From an uncultured Flavobacteriaceae bacterium (GTDB taxonomy: Bacteria > Bacteroidota > Bacteroidia > Flavobacteriales > Flavobacteriaceae), in the NCBI GenBank assembly GCA_963977065.1, contig CAXBNF010000003.1, forward strand, positions 71,401 to 135,400: DNA of 64,000 nucleotides, read 5' to 3'. Position numbers and translations under genes: made by a program. Under the pieces are notes generated by a model that saw nothing but the letters and a program-made list of their open reading frames with translations, was not told the origin of the DNA and did not search any database. Shown here one piece after another: positions 55,949-64,000 of this stretch (position 1 is its first letter; the number at the start of each line of letters is the position of its first letter).

Positions 55949-56950
55949 TCAATATTTTATTTCCTCTTTTCCATCTGCGTGAATGGCAAAGCGACCTCTT
56001 TGAGCATCGTGAACATGTTCATAACTATCCCACGGCCAACCACCAAACTGATCCTTTTGATACTGAGCAATCGCTTCTTGGATCCCTTGATGGGAATTGG
56101 CAACAAATGGACCTTGCTGTACGACCGGTTCGCCTATGGGTTTGCCTTGCAAAAAAAGGAATTCAGCCGGAGAGTCACCGTTTTTTATTGTGATTTTTTT
56201 AGTGGGAAATAAATCCAATGAATGCTCTTTAGGGATGGTGAATCCTTCAGTTTCAATTTCATTTCCGTTATAAAAAAAGAGTGTTCTGTTTGTTTCATCA
56301 GATGCTAATGGAATTTCCCAGGAGGCTCCGGGTTCCATTTTTATGGTCCAAATTGCAACTTCATTTGCAGGATCTGCAGCCCAAGAGTTGGGGGTAGGTG
56401 CTGCTGCTTGTGTGCCTTTGTAATTACCGGCAACGATTTTTAGTTTTACACCATTGTCTTCAACCACGGGAATTTCTTCATTCCATAACATACGAAAGTA
56501 TGGGTCAACCCCTTTGCTTTTACTGGGTAAGTTCAGCCAAAGCTGGAACAATAAAAAAGGGTTTTCTTTATCTTGATTCAACAACGGAAACATTTCACAA
56601 TGCATCACGCCTTTTCCGGCAGTCATCCATTGCACATCGCCATTGCCAAAACGCCCCGCAGCACCCAAAGAGTCACTATGGTCTGCAAAGCCTTGTTCCA
56701 CTAGGGTAACTGTCTCAAACCCGCTGTGAGGGTGGGCAGGAAAACCGGGGACTTTTTGACCGTGATACATGCGCCAGCCATCTTTAATGGTAAAATCCTG
56801 ACCAATGTATCTTCCTTTTAGAAGAGAAGGATTCGGACCAAGGTGCTCGTTGCCTTTTGGGAAATCATCTTTGTGGTAGGCACAAAATAAAAAGGGGTCT
56901 TGGGTTTCCCACTGGAAACCTAGCTGTTTTACTTTTTTTATTGCAGACAT
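55949..56950 (-). CDS. Pirin family protein (bicupin)
   Basis: GFPAHPHSGFETVTLV and DVQWMTAGKGVMHCE. Confidence 0.85.
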   Translation of the reverse strand: MSAIKKVKQLGFQWETQDPFLFCAYHKDDFPKGNEHLGPNPSLLKGRYIGQDFTIKDGWRMYHGQKVPGFPAHPHSGFETVTLVEQGFADHSDSLGAAGRFGNGDVQWMTAGKGVMHCEMFPLLNQDKENPFLLFQLWLNLPSKSKGVDPYFRMLWNEEIPVVEDNGVKLKIVAGNYKGTQAAAPTPNSWAADPANEVAIWTIKMEPGASWEIPLASDETNRTLFFYNGNEIETEGFTIPKEHSLDLFPTKKITIKNGDSPAEFLFLQGKPIGEPVVQQGPFVANSHQGIQEAIAQYQKDQFGGWPWDSYEHVHDAQRGRFAIHADGKEEIKY

Positions 56951-56969
56951 AATTTAAATTTTAGGAATA

Positions 56970-56977
56970 CAAAATTA
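56970..56977 (-). promoter_or_regulatory. Candidate -7 promoter box (TAATTTTG on minus strand)
   Basis: Matches TAnnTTTG, 20 nt upstream of ATG 56950. A second match (TAAATTTG) lies at 56979-56986. Confidence 0.35.
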
Positions 56978-57192
56978 CCAAATTTAAGGATGTAAGTGTA
57001 TTAAGGATTTCTTAATGGAAAATGTGTTGATAATTTATCTTTTTAAACTTCAGTAGGGATAAATTTTCCACTTAGATACAAGGGCACTGTGTGATACTAA
57101 GAAATTCTATTTTTAAAGTATTTTGTTCTTAGATAATTTTCACAGGTTCTAAAAACCTGTCAGATCTATACTTTAAACAGATAAATGGATAT

Positions 57193-57224
57193 AAAAAAAG
57201 TCGCAAAAATGGCGACTCTTTTTT
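57193..57224 (-). terminator. Rho-independent terminator of the LysM gene
   Basis: aaaaaaAGTCGC-aaaaatg-GCGACTctttttt. A U-run is present on both strands. Confidence 0.8.
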
Positions 57225-57237
57225 AAATAAATAACTA

Positions 57238-57615
57238 TTACAGGTTTGGAATTTTCAAAACCTGTCCGGGATGTATCAAATCGGGATTTTTAAGCTGATC
57301 GGTATTAGCTTGAAAAATAGCGTTGTATTTTCCTGCACTACCATAATATTGCTGTGCGATTTTAGACAAAGATTCACCACTTTTAACTTCATGAACTGCA
57401 TAAACAGAGTCATCTGCTACTTTAATATCTGCCATTAAATCTGTTGGGTTTTCTCCCCCCACTTTTTTTATTTCATTCCAAAGAAGGTCTTTTTCATAGG
57501 GAGTTTTTGCTGTTCCATGAATTTTTAGAACACCGTTTTCTTCTCTCACGTCTCCATTTTGAATTTGAAGTTTTTCTCCAAGCTCAAGAACGTTTTGGTA
57601 TTTTGCTTTAATCAT
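57238..57615 (-). CDS. LysM peptidoglycan-binding domain protein
   Basis: C-terminal LysM: HEVKSGESLSKIAQQYYGSAGKYNAIFQANTDQLKNPDLIHPGQVLKIP. Confidence 0.8.
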   Translation of the reverse strand: MIKAKYQNVLELGEKLQIQNGDVREENGVLKIHGTAKTPYEKDLLWNEIKKVGGENPTDLMADIKVADDSVYAVHEVKSGESLSKIAQQYYGSAGKYNAIFQANTDQLKNPDLIHPGQVLKIPNL

Positions 57616-57702
57616 TCTGTTTTAATTTTAAAGTTAATGGACACTAAATTTAATAAAATTTATCTGTTTTAAAGTTATGAAACCGTAAATTCTTTTAGGT
57701 CA

Positions 57703-59466
57703 CTAAAGAATTTCCTCTTTTTCAAATTGCACCTCATACAACTTACGATAATGACCATTTTCAATTTTGAGAAGGGTTGTGTGATTGCCCATTTCTACTA
57801 CATGACCGGCATCCATCACAATAATGACATCTGCTTTTTTAATAGTTGCTAGACGATGAGCAATTACTATGGATGTACGACCCTGGGTAAGTTTTGCCGT
57901 GGCATTTTGGATTAATTGTTCAGCGTGAGAATCAACAGATGAGGTCGCTTCATCAAGGACAAGAATGCTCGGATTGCTTACATAAGCTCTTAAAAACGAA
58001 ATGAGTTGCCTTTGACCTGATGATAACATACTGCCTCGTTCCTTGACGTTGTAATGATAACCATCCGGTAAGGACATTATGAAAGAATGAACTCCAATAT
58101 CTTTTGCAGCCTGTATAACTTCTTCTTCAGTTACTAGTGGATTGTTGAGTGTGATATTATTCATTATGGTGTCAGCAAAAAGAAAAACATCCTGCAAGAC
58201 TACACCAATACTTTTTCTCAAATTGTTGATAGGAACATCTTTGATGTTTTTGCCATCAACTGTAATGGTTCCCGCTTTGATTTCGTAAAAACGGGAAAGG
58301 AGATTGATGATGGTCGATTTTCCGGCACCGGTTGCTCCTACTATGGCGACGGTTTGGTTAGGCTGTACTTCAAATGAAATACCTTTAATAACCATTTCGG
58401 AATCATCATAGCTAAAAAATACGTTATCAAAAACAATATGTCCTTTGATGTTTTCAAAAGATTCATTTCCTGTGTCTTCAATAGATGCATTTGTATCCAG
58501 AATTTCAAATACCCTATTGGCCGCCACCATTCCCATTTGCAGGGTATTGAACTTATCTGCAATCTGATTGAGCGGTCTGAAAAGCATTTGTGACAAACGG
58601 ATAAAAGCAACAATAAGTCCCAATGTGATGGCTCCGCCACCTAGTACTTGAAGACCACCATACCACATAATCAACCCAATTGTTATGGATGCTGTCATTT
58701 CAGTAACAGCAAAAAATATGGAGTTATACCATACAGTTTTAATCCAGGCAACTTTGTGTTTTCTATTAATTTCAGTAAAGTTTTTATCTTCGGTTTCTTC
58801 GCGCGTAAAAAGCTGCACGATTTTCATTCCGGTGATACGCTCTTGAACAAAGGTATTTAAGTTGGCTACCTGAGCACGCACTTCTTCAAAAGCAGCTTTC
58901 ATAGCTCTTTGAAATAGTCGGGTTGCATAAATAATGAGTGGGAAAACGGCTAATACAATGAGCGTTAATTCCCAGCTTCGATAAAACATAAAGCCCAGTA
59001 TGGCTATCATTTTCAATAGATCACTTGCAATAGTAAATAGCCCTTGACTAAAAATACTGGAAATTGTCTCAATATCATTGACGGCTCGTGTTGTCAAACG
59101 ACCCACAGAACTTTTGTCAAAATACTTCATTTTAAACTGCAGTATTTTGTCAAATAACTTAATACGAATGTCTCGCACTACACTCAAACCAAGCCAGTTT
59201 GAATAGTATATAAACGAAAATTGAAAAAATACTTCCGCAAGTAAAAAGGCACCCATTAACGAAATGAAAAAAATGAGATTTTCATAATCTTTTGGGATGA
59301 TGGAGTCATCAATTACTTTTTCTAGTAAAATGGGTTGTAAAACAGAGAACCCTGAAACCAAAATAGCAGAGATTCCCACAAACCAAAACGTGAGTTTGTA
59401 AGGTTTTGTAAACTGAAGCAATCGCTTAAAAAGTTTAAAATCAAATGCCCTGCCTGATGCTGCCAT
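57703..59466 (-). CDS. ABC exporter, fused permease-ATPase (MsbA/multidrug type)
   Basis: Six-TM N-terminal half, Walker A GATGAGKST, signature LSSGQRQ, Walker B ILVLDEATS. Confidence 0.9.
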   Translation of the reverse strand: MAASGRAFDFKLFKRLLQFTKPYKLTFWFVGISAILVSGFSVLQPILLEKVIDDSIIPKDYENLIFFISLMGAFLLAEVFFQFSFIYYSNWLGLSVVRDIRIKLFDKILQFKMKYFDKSSVGRLTTRAVNDIETISSIFSQGLFTIASDLLKMIAILGFMFYRSWELTLIVLAVFPLIIYATRLFQRAMKAAFEEVRAQVANLNTFVQERITGMKIVQLFTREETEDKNFTEINRKHKVAWIKTVWYNSIFFAVTEMTASITIGLIMWYGGLQVLGGGAITLGLIVAFIRLSQMLFRPLNQIADKFNTLQMGMVAANRVFEILDTNASIEDTGNESFENIKGHIVFDNVFFSYDDSEMVIKGISFEVQPNQTVAIVGATGAGKSTIINLLSRFYEIKAGTITVDGKNIKDVPINNLRKSIGVVLQDVFLFADTIMNNITLNNPLVTEEEVIQAAKDIGVHSFIMSLPDGYHYNVKERGSMLSSGQRQLISFLRAYVSNPSILVLDEATSSVDSHAEQLIQNATAKLTQGRTSIVIAHRLATIKKADVIIVMDAGHVVEMGNHTTLLKIENGHYRKLYEVQFEKEEIL

Positions 59467-59468
59467 AG

Positions 59469-60212
59469 TTAAATAAAGAGTTCTTTTGGGTAAGTAACCC
59501 GGATTAAATACAAGCCTTCTGCAGGAACTGATGTGCCTGCTTTGCTTCGGTTTTTGCTTTTGATGATGTCGTGTATGTCATTGACTTCCAGTTTTCCCAG
59601 CCCAATTTCAAGCAAAGTGCCCACAATGGCACGCACCATATTTCGCAAAAAACGATCAGCTGTGATTGTAAAAAGAAGCGTATTGTCTGTCAATGTCCAT
59701 TCGGCAAAGGTAATGATACAATGATAGGTTTTTACATCTGTTTTTGATTTTGAAAAGCATTGAAAATCGTTATAGTTCAATAAGATTTTTGCAGCTTCGT
59801 TCATCTTTTTTAAATCAGGGATTTGATTTAATTGATAGGAAAAATCTATTGTAAATGGATTTTTTTCCAAACAGATTTGGTATTCATAAGTACGACTAAT
59901 GGCATCAAAGCGGGCATGAGCGTCATCTTTTGCGAGAGCTATTTTCTTGATTGCTATATCTTTAGGCAAAAAAGAATTGAGCTTATAGCAAAGTTCTTTG
60001 AGTTCAATTGCTTCTGGGAAATCAAAATGAGCAAAAATTTGTTTGGCGTGCACGCCAGCATCTGTCCGTCCTGCACCCACAATATCAATTTTTTTCCGTA
60101 ACAAAGTACTAAGCGCCTCCTCCAGTGTTTGTTGGACAGAAACTGCGTCGGGTTGGATTTGCCAGCCGTGGTAGTTTTTGCCGTTAAATGCTATTTCGAT
60201 AAAATATCGCAA
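59469..60212 (-). CDS. truA: tRNA pseudouridine(38-40) synthase
   Basis: TTG start giving (M)RYFIEIAFNGKNYHGWQIQP. Catalytic GAGRTDAGVHA. The stop lies 2 nt before the ABC exporter start. Confidence 0.93.
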   Translation of the reverse strand: MRYFIEIAFNGKNYHGWQIQPDAVSVQQTLEEALSTLLRKKIDIVGAGRTDAGVHAKQIFAHFDFPEAIELKELCYKLNSFLPKDIAIKKIALAKDDAHARFDAISRTYEYQICLEKNPFTIDFSYQLNQIPDLKKMNEAAKILLNYNDFQCFSKSKTDVKTYHCIITFAEWTLTDNTLLFTITADRFLRNMVRAIVGTLLEIGLGKLEVNDIHDIIKSKNRSKAGTSVPAEGLYLIRVTYPKELFI

Positions 60213-60268
60213 AGATTCTTCTATTTTTGTAAACTTAGCAAAGATAGTTACTTAATTGTGAAAATTAA

Positions 60269-60303
60269 GTTAGAAGTAGAAAGTTAGAAGTTAGAGGTGA
60301 GAT
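60269..60303 (+). repeat. Degenerate tandem heptamer array (GTTAGAA x5)
   Basis: gttagaa gtagaaa gttagaa gttagag gtgagat, inside a 61-nt C-free stretch (60252-60312). Confidence 0.6.
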
Positions 60304-60421
60304 TTTGTTTTTCTGAGGGTGAGGATGTTTATAAGCTAAAAAAACAATTTTGTGTTGAGGGTAATACTAGTGAAGGTTGAAATAACAAATTTGAAATAAA
60401 TAAGAAATACCATTAATGAGA

Positions 60422-60439
60422 TACCCGCCTTCGCGGGTA
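60422..60439. other. Perfect GC-rich hairpin TACCCGC-cttc-GCGGGTA
   Basis: A 7-bp stem with a 4-nt loop, ending 6 nt before ATG 60446. Confidence 0.6.
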
Positions 60440-60445
60440 GTAAAC

Positions 60446-60937
60446 ATGAAAAAAATACTTTTACTTTCAGATACCCATAGTTATATTGATGAGACCATAT
60501 TAAAATATGTCAATCAGGCTAATGAGGTATGGCATGCCGGGGATATTGGAAGCCTTGAAGTGACAGATGCTATTGAAAAATTAAAACCGTTACGCGCTGT
60601 TTACGGAAACATTGATGATGCCAAAATAAGGGGCGAATTTCCTCTTCACCACCGTTTTTTTTGTGAGGGTGTGGATGTGTGGATGACTCATATTGGTGGT
60701 TCGCCGGGCAGGTACAATCCAGATATCAGAGAGGAAATGAAGACCAATCCTCCAAAATTGTTCATCTGCGGCCATTCACATATTTTAAAAGTGATGCACG
60801 ATAAAAAACACGGGGTTTTATATATGAACCCCGGTGCAGCGGGAAAACACGGTTTTCACAAAGTGTGCACGATGCTGCGTTTTGTGGTTGATTCCGGAAG
60901 TATAAAAGATTTGGAAGTTGTAGAGTTTAAAAGATAG
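60446..60937 (+). CDS. YfcE/MJ0936-like metallophosphoesterase
   Basis: ATG 60446 gives MKKILLLSDTHSY. Further motifs HAGDIG, GNIDD, and CGHSH. Confidence 0.8.
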   Translation: MKKILLLSDTHSYIDETILKYVNQANEVWHAGDIGSLEVTDAIEKLKPLRAVYGNIDDAKIRGEFPLHHRFFCEGVDVWMTHIGGSPGRYNPDIREEMKTNPPKLFICGHSHILKVMHDKKHGVLYMNPGAAGKHGFHKVCTMLRFVVDSGSIKDLEVVEFKR

Positions 60938-61027
60938 AATCCATTTTGGTAATTAAATTTTGATATGATTTATTGCAAATTCAACCTAAGTTGTTGATAT
61001 ACTATTCCTAAGGTCACTCAAATTTGG

Positions 61028-61035
61028 TATATTTG
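61028..61035 (+). promoter_or_regulatory. Candidate -7 promoter box TATATTTG
   Basis: Matches TAnnTTTG, 26 nt upstream of ATG 61062. Confidence 0.4.
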
Positions 61036-61061
61036 AAAAGCAATCTAATAGACCAACCCCT

Positions 61062-61679
61062 ATGAAAAAAAAGATTCAAAAGCATTTTGCTGAAGGCTTA
61101 CTCATTGTATTTAGTGTGTTATTTGCTTTGTTTATAAATAAGCTCTATGATAACTATCAAACATTGAAAAAAAAGGAAATAGCTATGGAAAGTATAGCTA
61201 AAGAACTTCACAGAAATGAGACAATTCTTAAAGATTGGGTAGAAAGACATACCCGCATTAATGAGAATCTCAATCAACTTATTGAAGATAAAAAAGACAG
61301 CTTGAAAGGCGAAATGAAAAAGCATGATTATTTCAATATTGGCCTCTTGACCGAGAATAGGTCATTAGTAGATGATGTATTGACCAGTACAGCCTGGGAA
61401 TCTGCTAAAACCACTGGTATTATCTCAGAATTTGATTTTGAAATAACACAAAAGTTAACACGGGTGTATGCCATGCAAGAGCTAATCAGTGAAAAAACAA
61501 TTGGAAAAATTCTGGATTATTATTTTGAACCTAGTACTCACAGGATGGAAGATATTGACGCTATTCTAATTCAGTTTCAGTTGCGATTTAATGAACTGGT
61601 GGGACAAGAAAGATTGATGACCTATTTGTATGAAGATATTATGAAGTATTTTAAAGAAACTAAATATGCTGTTCCTTAG
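61062..61679 (+). CDS. Hypothetical membrane-anchored helical protein
   Basis: 205 aa with one N-terminal TM (GLLIVFSVLFALFI). The remainder is predicted helical and I recognise no motif. Confidence 0.6.
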   Translation: MKKKIQKHFAEGLLIVFSVLFALFINKLYDNYQTLKKKEIAMESIAKELHRNETILKDWVERHTRINENLNQLIEDKKDSLKGEMKKHDYFNIGLLTENRSLVDDVLTSTAWESAKTTGIISEFDFEITQKLTRVYAMQELISEKTIGKILDYYFEPSTHRMEDIDAILIQFQLRFNELVGQERLMTYLYEDIMKYFKETKYAVP

Positions 61680-61724
61680 AGAAAGCAATTTTTCGATTCA
61701 GTAAATATCCGCTCTTTCAAAACA

Positions 61725-61755
61725 AAAAACCCGAAGTTGGCATGCTTCGGGTTTT
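61725..61755. terminator. Bidirectional Rho-independent terminator
   Basis: AAACCCGAAG-ttggcatg-CTTCGGGTTT. A 10-bp stem between convergent genes. Confidence 0.8.
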
Positions 61756-61783
61756 CCTCACTAATACTACTAAGATTTAAGGT

Positions 61784-62194
61784 TTAGCGTAATCTGTCAA
61801 CAGATTTTACGAGATTCTCATCCTTTTGAATGGCACGATTGGCCATTACTAAAAAAACGATAGAAAGAATAGGAAGAAACATCCCAATACCCTTCTCTGA
61901 AACTAAAGTCTCTCCGGGTACCGTTAGCGACCGATAAACGAAAACTCCTAGTAAAATAAAGTTTGTCAGTATGTTTAATCGATTAAAAACAAACTGATTT
62001 TTTCTTTTCTTATATGATAATATAGCGATAATCGCCAATGCTATTGAAATAAAAATTAACGCAAAAAACAAGGGTTCTTCACGAGTGTACAAAAGCTCGC
62101 CCGTTTCATTTTTCACTTCCGGAAACCAGATAAATAGACCGCCCATTATGAGAACGACTAGAATCATAAATATTGTCTGGATGCGCTGAATCAT
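61784..62194 (-). CDS. DUF4293-like small membrane protein
   Basis: 136 aa with MIQRIQTIFMIL... and 4 TM segments. This family typically sits next to rho in Flavobacteriia. Confidence 0.6.
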   Translation of the reverse strand: MIQRIQTIFMILVVLIMGGLFIWFPEVKNETGELLYTREEPLFFALIFISIALAIIAILSYKKRKNQFVFNRLNILTNFILLGVFVYRSLTVPGETLVSEKGIGMFLPILSIVFLVMANRAIQKDENLVKSVDRLR

Positions 62195-62399
62195 ATTTTA
62201 ATGTGCTTTGTGATGCAAAAATAATGTTTCTTTTTAAAAAAATTCCTATCAAAAATTAAAATATTGTTGTATTATTGCATCAGTAATTCACAACCCACTC
62301 AACTGCGGTTGTTTATCTTCCGGATAAAATCAAAAAAATTACCATCTTCTTAAAACTTATTTGTAAAAACTATTACAACAACATAATTCAATATTATAC

Positions 62400-64000
62400 A
62401 TGTTTGAAATTTCAGATTTAAAAGAGCAGAAGCTACCTGAACTTCAGGAAATTGCTAAAACTTTAGGTGTGCCCAAATACCGCACTTTAAAAAAATTAGA
62501 GTTGGTCTATCAAATTCTTGATTACCAGGCTGCCAATCCAAAAGCCGTCGAACCTCTTGTAAAAGAATCAAAAGGAGAATCAAAAGAAACTCCAAAAAAG
62601 GAGGAACAAAAGAACCCGAGAGATCAAAAAGATTTGCGGGGACAAAAAGACGGTCGTGACAACAGACCTCAAAATAAAAAACCACATCCTCAAAAAAAAC
62701 AGTCAAGTGACTCATCAAAGGAAAAGGATGAATCAAAAGAGGCTCCCAAACAAGAAGTATCCAAGCAGGATACTCCTCAAAAAAATCAGGAACGCAGAGA
62801 GCAAAGCAATCACAAAAATCCGCGTCATCAGGATACTAAACAAAATCGTCCCAATCCTAATTCAGGAAAAGACGGTAATGTAGCTGAAAGGGCTGAATCC
62901 AAAAAGGACACATCTGATAATAAATCAGAGAATAGAAATGAAAACAAACCCAGACAGAATCAAAACCAAAATGATTCACAAAATTCGGGGAACAGACACA
63001 GCAATTCTCAAAACGGAAATCAAAGTAACAAAGACCAGGGCAACAAGGACAAGCGCAACCGCTACCGGGAGCCAGATTATGAGTTTGACAGCATCATCCA
63101 AAGTGAAGGTGTACTAGATATCATGCAAGATGGTTATGGATTTTTGCGCTCAAGTGATTATAACTACCTTTCATCACCAGATGATATTTATGTTTCCCAA
63201 TCACAGATACGCCTTTTTGGTTTAAAAACGGGAGATACCGTTCTTGGTGAAGTGAGACCGCCCAAAGAAGGTGAAAAATACTTTCCTTTAATTAAGGTCA
63301 TCAGAATAAACGGTTTGAACCCAAATGTGGTGAGAGACCGCATTGCTTTTGAACATTTATTACCACTATTTCCACAGGAAAAATTCAAATTAGCTGAAAA
63401 GCAAAGCACGGTTTCAACAAGAATAATGGATTTGTTTTCGCCCATTGGAAAAGGACAAAGGGGTATGATTGTTTCTCAACCAAAAACAGGTAAAACTGTT
63501 TTGTTAAAAGAAATAGCCAATGCCATTGCCGCAAATCACCCGGAAGTGTATCAAATGATTTTATTAATTGATGAACGTCCCGAAGAAGTAACCGATATGC
63601 AGCGCAATGTGAACGGCGAAGTGGTGGCTTCCACTTTTGATAAAGAAGCCAACGAGCACGTGCGCGTTGCCAATATTGTTTTAGAAAAAGCGAAACGACT
63701 GGTGGAGTGTGGTCACGATGTGGTGATTCTGCTTGATTCAATCACTCGTTTGGCAAGAGCTTACAACACAGTTCAGCCTGCTTCAGGAAAAATATTGAGT
63801 GGAGGTGTGGATGCCAATGCATTACATAAACCAAAGCGCTTTTTTGGAGCTGCGCGAAATATTGAAAATGGAGGGTCATTAAGTATCATCGCAACGGCTT
63901 TGACTGATACAGGGTCTAAAATGGATGAGGTTATCTTTGAAGAATTTAAGGGTACCGGAAATATGGAACTACAACTTGATAGAAAAATTTCAAATCGCAG
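62400..64000 (+). CDS. rho: Transcription termination factor Rho (3' end cut by window edge) with a long low-complexity N-terminal insertion
   Basis: Not in the ORF track because there is no stop in the window. I translated ATG 62400 by hand and the frame is open to nt 64000. It contains the Rho_N helix ([29 protein letters not shown]), the CSD-like RNA-binding domain ([15 protein letters not shown]...[17 protein letters not shown]), Walker A SQPKTGKT, and [10 protein letters not shown]. Confidence 0.95.
   Translation, partial: MFEISDLKEQKLPELQEIAKTLGVPKYRTLKKLELVYQILDYQAANPKAVEPLVKESKGESKETPKKEEQKNPRDQKDLRGQKDGRDNRPQNKKPHPQKKQSSDSSKEKDESKEAPKQEVSKQDTPQKNQERREQSNHKNPRHQDTKQNRPNPNSGKDGNVAERAESKKDTSDNKSENRNENKPRQNQNQNDSQNSGNRHSNSQNGNQSNKDQGNKDKRNRYREPDYEFDSIIQSEGVLDIMQDGYGFLRSSDYNYLSSPDDIYVSQSQIRLFGLKTGDTVLGEVRPPKEGEKYFPLIKVIRINGLNPNVVRDRIAFEHLLPLFPQEKFKLAEKQSTVSTRIMDLFSPIGKGQRGMIVSQPKTGKTVLLKEIANAIAANHPEVYQMILLIDERPEEVTDMQRNVNGEVVASTFDKEANEHVRVANIVLEKAKRLVECGHDVVILLDSITRLARAYNTVQPASGKILSGGVDANALHKPKRFFGAARNIENGGSLSIIATALTDTGSKMDEVIFEEFKGTGNMELQLDRKISNR

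Noticed and set aside
60269-60303. Heptamer array and other short tandem repeats, considered as a CRISPR array or minisatellite
   Set aside because: The units are 7 nt, degenerate, only five copies, and have no spacers. This is nothing like a CRISPR repeat-spacer architecture.
62455-62883. Track ORFs 62455-62736 (minus strand) and 62656-62883 (plus strand), plus 63188-63741 (minus strand)
   Set aside because: They fall inside the hand-translated rho reading frame. The low-complexity insertion keeps several frames open by chance.
1-64000. Search for mobile elements, prophage, defence islands, tRNA or rRNA genes
   Set aside because: No integrase, transposase, recombinase, restriction-modification, toxin-antitoxin or nuclease/helicase defence-type ORFs were recognised. 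No spacer is long enough, or shaped like a cloverleaf, to hold a tRNA. The largest spacers (242, 245, 287 and 233 nt) contain only promoters, terminators and the repeats described above.

Overview
Visibly AT-rich chromosomal segment that reads as Bacteroidota, most likely Flavobacteriia. Supporting signs are the absence of Shine-Dalgarno signals, TAnnTTTG-type -7 boxes 17-33 nt upstream of many start codons, DUF4293-rho synteny, and many lipoprotein or secreted peptidases. I support 55 protein-coding genes. Two are cut by the window edges: trpA on the left and rho on the right. rho is missing from the supplied ORF track because it has no stop codon inside the window. I found no rRNA, tRNA, CRISPR array, integrase, transposase or prophage signature. 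Most of the window is housekeeping or core metabolism: recG, truA, rho, ftsE-like, lolE-like, bshC, meaB, ohr, sodC, and peptidases of families S8, S9 (two), M1, M14, PrsW and M54-like. The accessory-looking part is a mosaic surface-glycan locus at about 2.2-12.6 kb. It carries FdtA-type isomerase, DegT aminotransferase, Wzx, four glycosyltransferases and a PAPS-type sulfotransferase translationally coupled to a glycosyltransferase. My best candidate for an undescribed system is the operon at 41.2-44.2 kb with its divergent SDR gene (to 45.2 kb). It pairs a polyprenyl-phosphate GT2 and an ArnT-like GT-C transferase, with a tandem LAB_N-domain membrane protein in the position normally held by a small flippase. 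Other items worth a second look: a NahK-like anomeric kinase, nucleotidyltransferase and Na+/solute symporter salvage operon (51.9-55.7 kb), with a DUF1343/NamZ-like gene elsewhere in the window; an atypical S8 protease translationally coupled to a small secreted coiled-coil protein (13.5-15.9 kb); a roughly 180-residue N/Q/K-rich insertion in Rho; and several GC-rich hairpins and G-depleted short-period repeat tracts in intergenic regions. All functional calls come from motif recognition by eye. No database search or computation was run.
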